Below, one piece after another: positions 1-7,888 of a DNA stretch of 64,000 bases. Made by a program: the position numbers and the translations under genes. Positions within the stretch are counted from its first letter, which is position 1; each line of letters begins with the position of its first letter. The notes below the pieces were generated by a model that saw only the letters and a list, made by a program, of their open reading frames with translations, searched no databases and was not told the DNA's origin. The DNA is from an uncultured Flavobacteriaceae bacterium (GTDB lineage Bacteria; Bacteroidota; Bacteroidia; Flavobacteriales; Flavobacteriaceae), in assembly GCA_947493535.1 (NCBI GenBank), contig CANLRK010000004.1, forward strand, positions 34,950 through 98,949, read 5' to 3'.

Positions 1-802
1 ATCCAGCTTCGGATAAACGTTTTTGCGTAAATGCTGGCTTGTATCTTGGATCAAAATAGAATGCTGTAAATACAGTTTCCGTAACCGTATAATTTACATC
101 GTTACCTATAAAATCCATTAACTCGAATGGACCCATTCTAAATCCACCTAAGCTTTTTAAAGCCCAATCTATAGTAGCAAAATCAGCTAATCCTTCTTCG
201 TAAATACGTAGCGACTCTCCATAAAAAGGTCTTGCTACACGATTCACAATAAACCCAGGAGTATCTTTAGCTACTGCTACTACTTTTTTCCAGCTATCTA
301 TTGTTGCTACCGATTTCTCTAAAACTTCTTTTGAAGTTTGAACTGCAGGAATAACTTCTACCAACTTCATTAACGGAGCTGGATTAAAAAAGTGAATTCC
401 CACACATCTTTCTGGCTTTTGTAAAGAAGCTGCAATTGATGCAATAGATAATGAAGAAGTATTAGAAGCAATAATACAGTCGTCTGAAACATAGGTTTCT
501 AACTCTGAAAAAACTTTTTGTTTGATATCTAAGTTTTCTATAATTGCCTCAATAGTAAGGTTTGAATCTCCTAAATCTTTTAAACTAGCTACATAAGAGA
601 TATTAGACTGAATTCTTAACTTTTCAGTAGCATCAATCCTTCCTTTTTCTACTAGTCTGTTTAATATTTTTTCTAAGCTTGCTTTACTCTTGTCTAAAGC
701 TTCTTGTTTGGTATCGTAAACTTTTACTTTACAACCTGAAGTAGCTGCCACTTGAGCAATACCGCTTCCCATAGTTCCTGAACCTATAATTCCTACGTTC
801 AT
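1..802 (-). CDS. paaH: 3-hydroxyacyl-CoA dehydrogenase (PaaH/Hbd-like), 5' portion; gene runs off the left edge
   Basis: Absent from the ORF track (no stop in window). My minus-strand translation from the ATG (CAT at 800-802) gives MNVGIIGSGTMGSGIAQVAATSGCKVKVYD... (Rossmann GxGxxG). Further on it gives ...RCVGIHFFNPAPLMKLVEVIP... (HFFNP motif). It starts 1 nt after the stop of the upstream crotonase gene. Confidence 0.8.
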   Translation of the reverse strand, partial: MNVGIIGSGTMGSGIAQVAATSGCKVKVYDTKQEALDKSKASLEKILNRLVEKGRIDATEKLRIQSNISYVASLKDLGDSNLTIEAIIENLDIKQKVFSELETYVSDDCIIASNTSSLSIASIAASLQKPERCVGIHFFNPAPLMKLVEVIPAVQTSKEVLEKSVATIDSWKKVVAVAKDTPGFIVNRVARPFYGESLRIYEEGLADFATIDWALKSLGGFRMGPFELMDFIGNDVNYTVTETVFTAFYFDPRYKPAFTQKRLSEAG

Positions 803-803
803 A

Positions 804-1583
804 TTATTTTCCAATAAAGTTTGGTTTTCTTTTTTCTACAAAGGCATTCACTCCCTCTGAATAATCATGAGATTGAGCAGATTCTATTTGGTATTTAGAC
901 TCTAAAGCTAACTGCTCTTCTAAATTATTTGTTAGCGATTGATTTAAAACACGCTTAGTTAACCCCAACGCTTTAGTAGGCATTTTAGCCATTTTAACCG
1001 CTAATTTTTCTACGTATACATCAAATTCTTCTGATTCCACAGACTTATAAATCATTCCCATCTGCTCCGCTTCGACAGCCATTACTTTATCTCCAGTCAT
1101 CATTAACGCGGCTGCTTTCTGGAAACCTATTAGCCTTGGTAAAAAGAAAGTTCCTGCGCTATCTGGTATCAAGCCTATTTTACTAAAAGCCTGAATAAAA
1201 CTTGCATTTTCGTTAGCAATAACAATATCACAAGCCAAAGCTATGTTAGCCCCTGCTCCAGCTGCTACACCATTTACTGCTGCTATAATTGGTTTTTCTA
1301 TAGCTCTAATTCTTTCAATAATTGGATTGTAATGCTCTTCTAAAATAGCTTTAAATCCTGGATTTAATTCTGGAGTAGTAACTTCTTTTAAATCTTGACC
1401 AGCACAAAATGCTTTACCATTACCTGTTAAAACTATTGCTCTAACTTCATCATTAGCATTACAATCATCTAGCTTGCCTTGTAAATTCAAAGCCATTTCT
1501 CTGTTAAAACTATTGAATACTTCCGGTCTATTTAGCGCTATAAACGCAACGTTATTTTCAATCTTAATTTCTATTGAACTCAT
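804..1583 (-). CDS. paaG: enoyl-CoA hydratase/isomerase family protein (PaaG-like)
   Basis: ORF 804..1610. Crotonase-fold motifs KAFCAGQDL and AAVNGVAAGAGANIALACD. Start trimmed to the ATG at 1583 (MSSIEIKIENN...), because the longer ORF would read through the GC hairpin at 1602-1619. Confidence 0.8.
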   Translation of the reverse strand: MSSIEIKIENNVAFIALNRPEVFNSFNREMALNLQGKLDDCNANDEVRAIVLTGNGKAFCAGQDLKEVTTPELNPGFKAILEEHYNPIIERIRAIEKPIIAAVNGVAAGAGANIALACDIVIANENASFIQAFSKIGLIPDSAGTFFLPRLIGFQKAAALMMTGDKVMAVEAEQMGMIYKSVESEEFDVYVEKLAVKMAKMPTKALGLTKRVLNQSLTNNLEEQLALESKYQIESAQSHDYSEGVNAFVEKRKPNFIGK

Positions 1584-1601
1584 ATATCTTATAAACACCA
1601 A

Positions 1602-1619
1602 TTCCCGCAAAAGCGGGAA
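1602..1619 (-). other. intercistronic GC stem-loop between paaD and paaG
   Basis: TTCCCGC-AAAA-GCGGGAA, a 7-bp stem and the most GC-rich element in the vicinity. No strong U-tract follows on the minus strand. Confidence 0.5.
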
Positions 1620-1622
1620 TAA

Positions 1623-2123
1623 TTATTTTAAACATTTAAAATAGTCAAAGGGTTCCAAACAATCTTCACATTGAAAAAATGCTTTACAAGCTGTGGAGCC
1701 AAATTGACTAATCATTTTTGTATTGGTTGAGTTACATTGCGGGCAACTCACTATTTTTTTATTTCCTAGTAACGCCTCTTTATCTGCATCTGCTTCTAAG
1801 GGTGGAGCTATTCCGTATTCTAACAATGCTTTCCTACCTTTTTCTGTTATCCAATCGGTTGTCCACGCTGGAGATAATACTAGTTTTACTTCGCATTCGA
1901 AGCCAGCTTTTTTTAATGCAGTTTTGATATCATCACCAATTACATCCATTGCTGGGCAACCAGAATAGGTAGGTGTTATTTTTACAAAGACTTTACCATT
2001 CTTTAAAATGGCTTCACGAACCACTCCCATTTCTAAAATAGACAACACTGGTATCTCAGGATCAGATACCGCTGCTAATATCTCTTGTAGTTCTGGGGCA
2101 ATATGTGGAGCTTGATCTACCAT
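1623..2123 (-). CDS. paaD: 1,2-phenylacetyl-CoA epoxidase subunit PaaD
   Basis: DUF59-like N-terminal half (DPEIPVLSILEMGVV) plus a C-terminal Cys cluster (CPQCNS...C...CEDC). 7-nt overlap with paaC. Operon context. Confidence 0.85.
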   Translation of the reverse strand: MVDQAPHIAPELQEILAAVSDPEIPVLSILEMGVVREAILKNGKVFVKITPTYSGCPAMDVIGDDIKTALKKAGFECEVKLVLSPAWTTDWITEKGRKALLEYGIAPPLEADADKEALLGNKKIVSCPQCNSTNTKMISQFGSTACKAFFQCEDCLEPFDYFKCLK

Positions 2124-2872
2124 TCCATTCCTGGGTAAGTTCTTTGCATATACTGCATATCTGCTAACAAATAGCCTAAATGTTCTGTATGCACACCTTT
2201 TTTACCTCCTTTTTGAAACCATTTAGATTCTGGAACTTGAATAGTAGCTTCCTTTAAAACTATATTTACTTTTTTATAATAAGCTTCTTTTAATTGAGTA
2301 ACATCTACCGCCACTCCAGCTTTCACCATTTCTTTATCAGAATCAGTTTGATGGAATAACTCATCTGTATAGGTCCAAAGTACATCAACAGCTTCTTGAA
2401 TTTTTTGACGGCTCTCTTCAGTACCGTCTCCTAAACGTATAACCCAATCTGAAGAAAATCTTTCGTGATAACTTACTTCCTTAATTGATTTTTTTGCAAT
2501 TACAGCTAAAGTTTCATCATTACTGTTTTGCAATTGCTCTAAAAACAGTAAATGATAAACATCAAACAAAAACTGACGAACTATAGTGTGCGCAAAATTT
2601 GTATTAGGTTGCTCAACCAATAATACATTTTTATACTCACGTTCTCTACGTAAAAATGCAATGTCATCTTCTGTTTTTTCTCCACCAGAAACCTCAGCAG
2701 CATACTGAAAATAACTACGTACTTGTCCAAATAAATCCAACGAAACATTTGTACAAGCAATATCTGTTTCTAAACTAGGTCCATGCCCACACAACTCTCC
2801 CATTCTTTGCCCAAGAATTAGAGAATTATCTGCAACCCCTAATATGTAATTGTATAAATTTTCGTTTTGCAT
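2117..2872 (-). CDS. paaC: 1,2-phenylacetyl-CoA epoxidase subunit PaaC
   Basis: 251-aa ferritin-like helical protein lying between paaB and paaD. Its start shares 1 nt with the paaB stop (TAATG). Confidence 0.8.
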   Translation of the reverse strand: MQNENLYNYILGVADNSLILGQRMGELCGHGPSLETDIACTNVSLDLFGQVRSYFQYAAEVSGGEKTEDDIAFLRREREYKNVLLVEQPNTNFAHTIVRQFLFDVYHLLFLEQLQNSNDETLAVIAKKSIKEVSYHERFSSDWVIRLGDGTEESRQKIQEAVDVLWTYTDELFHQTDSDKEMVKAGVAVDVTQLKEAYYKKVNIVLKEATIQVPESKWFQKGGKKGVHTEHLGYLLADMQYMQRTYPGMEW

Positions 2873-3180
2873 TACATGTGTTTTAATTCATCTGGTAAAT
2901 TATAAAAAGTAGGATGTCTATATACTTTACTTTGCGCTGGTTCAAACAACTCTCCATTATTATCAGGGTTGGAGGCTGTTATATTTTTTGACTCAACCAC
3001 CCATATACTTACTCCTTCCATACGACGTGTATAAACGTCTCTGGCATTTTCCAAAGCCATTTCAGCATCTGAAGCATGTAAACTTCCGCAGTGTCTGTGT
3101 TCCAATCCGTTTTTACTTCGTATAAATACTTCCCAAAGAGGCCAATTATTTTTCATTCTATTGTTTTTAGTATTAAACAT
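2872..3180 (-). CDS. paaB: 1,2-phenylacetyl-CoA epoxidase subunit PaaB
   Basis: 102-aa protein with WPLWEVFIRSKNGLEHRHCGSLHA, the typical PaaB small subunit. Confidence 0.85.
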   Translation of the reverse strand: MFNTKNNRMKNNWPLWEVFIRSKNGLEHRHCGSLHASDAEMALENARDVYTRRMEGVSIWVVESKNITASNPDNNGELFEPAQSKVYRHPTFYNLPDELKHM

Positions 3181-3236
3181 TAAGATTTTAGCTATGAACT
3201 CTTTTTATTATTCAAAACTAAACTCTCAACACTGAT

Positions 3237-4184
3237 TTATGCTACTTCTTTTTTTGATTTTTTAGCGGCGTGTGCCATTGCTCCTTCTCTTACCCAAGTT
3301 CCTTCTTCCCAAGCAGCTACACGTGCGCCAATACGTTCTTTATTACAAGGACCATGACCTTTAACTACCTGCCAAAATTCATCCCAATTAATTGGTCCGA
3401 AATTATAGTGCCCTTTTTCTTCATCCCATTTTAAATCAGGATCAGGAACTGTTAATCCTAAAATTTCAGCTTGCGGTACTGTTTGATCAACAAACTGCTG
3501 GCGTAACTCATCATTAGTTTTACGTTTTAACTTCCATTTCATTGACTGTTCAGTATGCACCGACTCTGCATCTGTAGGTCCAAACATCATCAAAGAAGGC
3601 CACCACCAACGGTTTAAAGCATCTTGTGCCATTTCCTTCTGCTCAGGTGTTCCGTTTGCTAATTTTAGCATAATTTCATACCCTTGACGCTGATGAAAAC
3701 TTTCTTCTTTACACACACGCACCATCGCTCTAGCATATGGACCGTATGATGTATTCATTAAAGGTACCTGATTCATAATTGCAGCACCATCAACTAACCA
3801 GCCAATAGCTCCCATATCTGCCCAAGTAATAGTTGGGTAATTAAAAATACTTGAATATTTTGCTTTACCAGTATGTAATTGTTCATACAGTTCATCACGA
3901 GATATCCCTAATGTTTCGCAAGCACTATATAAGTACAACCCGTGCCCAGCCTCATCTTGAACCTTAGCTAACAACGCCACTTTTCTTCGCAAAGAAGGTG
4001 CTCTTGTTATCCAATTCCCTTCAGGTAGCATTCCTACTATTTCTGAATGTGCATGCTGAGATATTTGACGAATATGTGTTTTCCTATATTTCTCTGGCAT
4101 CCAATCTTTAGGCTCTATCTTTACTTCATTTGCTATTTTCTCTTCAAAAGCGGCCTCTAACTTATTTAATTCTGCTTCACTCAT
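3237..4184 (-). CDS. paaA: 1,2-phenylacetyl-CoA epoxidase catalytic subunit PaaA
   Basis: Di-iron ferritin-like oxygenase with two ExxH motifs (QDEAGHG and [10 protein letters not shown]). Operon context. Confidence 0.9.
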   Translation of the reverse strand: MSEAELNKLEAAFEEKIANEVKIEPKDWMPEKYRKTHIRQISQHAHSEIVGMLPEGNWITRAPSLRRKVALLAKVQDEAGHGLYLYSACETLGISRDELYEQLHTGKAKYSSIFNYPTITWADMGAIGWLVDGAAIMNQVPLMNTSYGPYARAMVRVCKEESFHQRQGYEIMLKLANGTPEQKEMAQDALNRWWWPSLMMFGPTDAESVHTEQSMKWKLKRKTNDELRQQFVDQTVPQAEILGLTVPDPDLKWDEEKGHYNFGPINWDEFWQVVKGHGPCNKERIGARVAAWEEGTWVREGAMAHAAKKSKKEVA

Positions 4185-4211
4185 CGTAAATTGTTTTAAG
4201 TGATTTCTTTT

Positions 4212-5285
4212 TTATGCATCAAAATCTACCACAACTTTATCTGTGGTTGGTACTGCTTGACACGTTAATACGTACCCTTGCTCTACCTCATATGGTTCTA
4301 AACCATAGTTCAACTTCATTTCTACTGCTCCTTCTACTACTTTAGCTTTACAAGTGCAGCAAACACCACCTTTGCAAGCAAAAGGCAAGTCAGCATCATT
4401 TGCTAAGGCAGCATCTAATATATTATCGTAATCTGGTTCCATTTCAAAATGAAACTCTTTATCGCCATCTATAATTGTCACCTCTGTATGTTCAGCCTGA
4501 TGTTCTAATACCTCAGCAATATGTTTTTTATCTGCTTCTGTATTTCCTGCATTAAACAACTCAAAGTGAACTTTTTCTTCAAGTAACCCTGCGGAGACTA
4601 ACTCATCACGAATTAAAAAGATCATTTCCTCTGGCCCACATATAAAACACTCATCTACCGAGGGAACATCTATTATTTTTTGAGTTAGCGCTTGTAGTTT
4701 TTCCGAAGTAAACCTACCGTTTAATAAAGGTATCCCGCGTTGCTCCTTTGTTAAAAAATAAAATACTTCAAACCTTCCTATATACTTGTTTTTTAACGCT
4801 TCTATCTCTTCTTTAAAGATAATGCTTTTTACCTTTCTATTCAAGTAAAACAATTGCATAGTTGCCTCAGGTTCAAGACTTAAGTGTGTTTTTATGATAG
4901 ATAATATTGGTGTTATTCCACTTCCTGCCGCAAAAACAATATAATGCTTAGGTTTACTAGCGTCCACCTCTACATAAAACTTTCCGTCAGGAGCAGATAC
5001 CTCTAACACATCACCTGCACTTAATGTTTCATTAGCATAGGTTGAAAACACACCGCCTTTAATTTTCTTAACGGCTACTTGCCATTTATTTTCAACAGGA
5101 CTTGTGCATAATGAATATGAACGACGAATATCTTCGCCATTAATTTCCTTTTTAATATTTAAATGTTGCCCTTGCTTGTATTTAAAGCGCTCTTGCACTT
5201 TTTCTGGTACATCAAAGGTAATTGCTACAGTATCTTTAGTCTCTTTATAAACTTCTTTAACTACTAATTTTTCAAAATCAGCCAT
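4212..5285 (-). CDS. paaE: phenylacetyl-CoA epoxidase reductase subunit PaaE (FNR-like + 2Fe-2S ferredoxin)
   Basis: RRSYSL FAD motif, GSGITP NAD motif, and a C-terminal plant-type 2Fe-2S cluster motif CKGGVCCTCKAKV...C. Confidence 0.85.
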   Translation of the reverse strand: MADFEKLVVKEVYKETKDTVAITFDVPEKVQERFKYKQGQHLNIKKEINGEDIRRSYSLCTSPVENKWQVAVKKIKGGVFSTYANETLSAGDVLEVSAPDGKFYVEVDASKPKHYIVFAAGSGITPILSIIKTHLSLEPEATMQLFYLNRKVKSIIFKEEIEALKNKYIGRFEVFYFLTKEQRGIPLLNGRFTSEKLQALTQKIIDVPSVDECFICGPEEMIFLIRDELVSAGLLEEKVHFELFNAGNTEADKKHIAEVLEHQAEHTEVTIIDGDKEFHFEMEPDYDNILDAALANDADLPFACKGGVCCTCKAKVVEGAVEMKLNYGLEPYEVEQGYVLTCQAVPTTDKVVVDFDA

Positions 5286-5307
5286 AATCCTTCATGATTT
5301 TTCTCAA

Positions 5308-5325
5308 AACTAACAATTGTTAGTT
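5308..5325. promoter_or_regulatory. perfect 18-bp palindrome AACTAACAATTGTTAGTT (candidate TetR operator upstream of paaE)
   Basis: Read directly in the 75-bp gap between the TetR stop and the paaE start; 9+9 perfect inverted repeat. Confidence 0.6.
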
Positions 5326-5360
5326 AGTTTTGCAAATTATCTCCATAATTTAGTTTTTTA

Positions 5361-5924
5361 TTACGCTATTATCCCTTGTAAAAGGACTTTACTCAGATCT
5401 ACATCTAAGTTTTTTAAATTTTCGTCATCTTTTTTAGGTATCCATAAATAAAGTGATCGCAATGTTGATAAAATTGAAAAAACTACAACTTCTGGGTTTA
5501 CATCTGCTACTTCATTATTTTGAATACCATGAATTACCAATTGCCTAAAATTTTGCTCATAGCCATCTCTTAACTCCAAATAGTAGTCTAGTTTTTCCTC
5601 AAGGTGCATCCAGTCAGTATTTAATGATGCCATCCCATTTGGATGATTTTTAGTTATTTGAATATGCAATGAAATTACATCCTGTAGTTTTTCTGCAGTA
5701 GTTTTATCAGAAATAACAATAGCCTCCATACCCGAAGTAAAATCTTCAGCTAATGATAATATAATATCAGATAGAATTTCTTGTTTTGATTTAATGTGAT
5801 TATACAAACTTGCTGCCTTCATTCCCATTTCCAAGGCAATATCACGCATGGTTACTGCACTATATCCTTTTTCTTTAAAAAGAATTTCCGATTTTTTAAT
5901 TATTTCTAATTTCCTTACTGACAT
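5361..5924 (-). CDS. TetR/AcrR family transcriptional regulator (candidate paa regulator, PaaR-like)
   Basis: N-terminal HTH (YSAVTMRDIALEMGMKAASLYNHIKSKQEIL). The ORF-track start at 5936 is a TTG; the first ATG is at 5924 (MSVRKLEII...). Flanked by two related 18-bp palindromes. Confidence 0.8.
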   Translation of the reverse strand: MSVRKLEIIKKSEILFKEKGYSAVTMRDIALEMGMKAASLYNHIKSKQEILSDIILSLAEDFTSGMEAIVISDKTTAEKLQDVISLHIQITKNHPNGMASLNTDWMHLEEKLDYYLELRDGYEQNFRQLVIHGIQNNEVADVNPEVVVFSILSTLRSLYLWIPKKDDENLKNLDVDLSKVLLQGIIA

Positions 5925-5934
5925 TTTTACTTTC

Positions 5935-5952
5935 AACTAATTAACGTTAGTT
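5935..5952. promoter_or_regulatory. imperfect palindrome AACTAATTAACGTTAGTT (candidate autoregulatory TetR operator)
   Basis: Same outer half-sites (AACTAA-N6-TTAGTT) as 5308-5325. Lies 11 bp upstream of the TetR ATG at 5924. Confidence 0.5.
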
Positions 5953-6061
5953 AGATGACTAAGATATAGAATTTAAACTAATTGATAAAAAATAGTTACC
6001 ATTGACACTGAACGCTTCGTAAAGTTTCATCCTCTATCACGAAATAAGCCTATTAAACAAC

Positions 6062-6094
6062 AAAAAAGCCTCAAGTTTATCTTGAGGCTTTTTT
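6062..6094 (-). terminator. rho-independent terminator (bidirectional shape) after lipoprotein gene 6116..6847
   Basis: AAAAAA-AGCCTCAAG-TTTAT-CTTGAGGCT-TTTTT. Confidence 0.8.
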
Positions 6095-6115
6095 GTTAGT
6101 ATTAAAATCTTTTAT

Positions 6116-6847
6116 TTATTCATAAAAAAATTGTGAGGCAGTAATTTCTTCATCTATAGTCCCTTGAGCTGCTACTCTAGAAGATTCAACCGGAAAGCTA
6201 TTTGAATTATACGAGCTGTAAGTTGTTGTACTGTTATCATAATTATCAACCCCAGTACCACTAGCTGCACTCGCTAATACATTATTAGCATTGTAATACC
6301 CCAACAAAGCAAAAACATCTTTTTGATGAATATTTTTAAACGGATTATTTTTAGTGTCATATGTATAGCTTACTACATAATCTGTCCCCGCATTGTTCGT
6401 ATATGCATCACTGATTAAATTACCATTTTCAAAAGTCAATATATTAACACTATTTCCTGAACTTTCGGTTTTAGATATCGTTCCATCTTGATTATAAGTA
6501 AAAGTATAAGCTAAAATACCGTCATGATACCTCTTTATTAACCTATTGTTGGCATCATACTCAAAGGTTCTTACACTAGAACTACCTTCCCACGTATGCG
6601 TTTGCTGGGTCAACAAACCATTTGTGTATACAAAAGTATCAGTAGAACCATCATCTGTTGATATTTGAGTTAACTTATTCCCGTCATAAGTTAATTCAGT
6701 TGTTACAACAAACCCTCCTTCAAATGTATCTATTACTTTCTTTAACAAAACGCCATCATTAGCTGGTGGATTAGACGGTGAATCGTCACTTGAACATGAC
6801 AATAAGGTTGCAGCCGCAACAAATAGGGTAAAAATTGTTTTTCTCAT
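6116..6847 (-). CDS. lipoprotein with YD/RHS-like short repeats, function unknown
   Basis: Signal peptide plus lipobox (ATLLSC). About six repeats of the form xFxY(D/N)xx(N/G)xL(I/T), e.g. TYDGNKLTQ, FEYDANNRLIK, FTYNQDGTISK. Confidence 0.6.
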   Translation of the reverse strand: MRKTIFTLFVAAATLLSCSSDDSPSNPPANDGVLLKKVIDTFEGGFVVTTELTYDGNKLTQISTDDGSTDTFVYTNGLLTQQTHTWEGSSSVRTFEYDANNRLIKRYHDGILAYTFTYNQDGTISKTESSGNSVNILTFENGNLISDAYTNNAGTDYVVSYTYDTKNNPFKNIHQKDVFALLGYYNANNVLASAASGTGVDNYDNSTTTYSSYNSNSFPVESSRVAAQGTIDEEITASQFFYE

Positions 6848-6900
6848 TGTGTATTATTAAAATTTGGTTCCACAACATAACAATTCTTACAAAAAGAAAC

Positions 6901-7848
6901 CTAGAAAAATATAAAAGGATATTTTTCTCGTAATCTCTTTTTTTTCACTTCTAATTGTTCAACAAATTTTAAATATTGTTCAGAGTTTGGGTTAAAAGGT
7001 TTATGTGCTAAGCCTTTTTGAACAACTTCCACATCTTTCATTGTATCTAAAGCGCTTTTAGATATCCAGACACCCGCAAATCGTTCCCATATATAATTTA
7101 CTGCTACCAGATTAGGATGAATCATATCTTCTTTATAAAAACGGTAATCTCGTAACTCATCCATCATAATTTCATATGAAGGAAAGTAACACTCATTTGT
7201 ACTGTTTGTTACTTGATGAATTGCTGTTAATAAATGAGCTTTGCTTTGCTGGTTTTGTACAAAACCATCTTTTATATGTCGAACTGGAGACACTGTATAA
7301 ATTAATTGAGCTTTAGAATTTATCGACCTTATTTGCTGCTCAATATTAAATAAAGAACCTATAATTTCATCAACCGACAATAATCTTTTATTAAATTCTC
7401 TTTGAGGAATTTTATGACAATTTGCTACTATTTTTTCCGTGTTATTATACTCATAAACCCAAGCGGTTCCTAAAGTAAGTACTATATGTGTAGTGCTTTT
7501 AATTTGCTCAAAAGTTGAAGTAAGAATTGAATTCAAATTATTTAGCAAATCTTCTTTATTAGTACTACTTAAACTAGAATGAGCATCTAAACAATGATAT
7601 TGTTCATTCTGAAACACTAACTCTTCTTCTGAATAGAACTTCTGATTAATCATCCTATCTAAAAACGTTTCAATTGCTTTAGGATGGAATAAAATTCCAT
7701 ATGGGTTGATTTGGGATTGAAACTTAAAATAGGATAGTTTCTCACCTATATTTTCAGAAAAACAAGAACCTAATAACAATAAATTAGAATGATAATCTAT
7801 TAAATTATCGGATTGTTTAAATATTGGTATTTGAGTTCTAAAATTCAT
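6901..7848 (-). CDS. GSCFA family protein
   Basis: N-terminal LLLGSCFSENIG motif characteristic of the GSCFA domain; 315 aa. Confidence 0.7.
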   Translation of the reverse strand: MNFRTQIPIFKQSDNLIDYHSNLLLLGSCFSENIGEKLSYFKFQSQINPYGILFHPKAIETFLDRMINQKFYSEEELVFQNEQYHCLDAHSSLSSTNKEDLLNNLNSILTSTFEQIKSTTHIVLTLGTAWVYEYNNTEKIVANCHKIPQREFNKRLLSVDEIIGSLFNIEQQIRSINSKAQLIYTVSPVRHIKDGFVQNQQSKAHLLTAIHQVTNSTNECYFPSYEIMMDELRDYRFYKEDMIHPNLVAVNYIWERFAGVWISKSALDTMKDVEVVQKGLAHKPFNPNSEQYLKFVEQLEVKKKRLREKYPFIFF

Positions 7849-7888
7849 TTAAGAAAAGAAATCCTCACATAAAGTGAGGATTAATATT

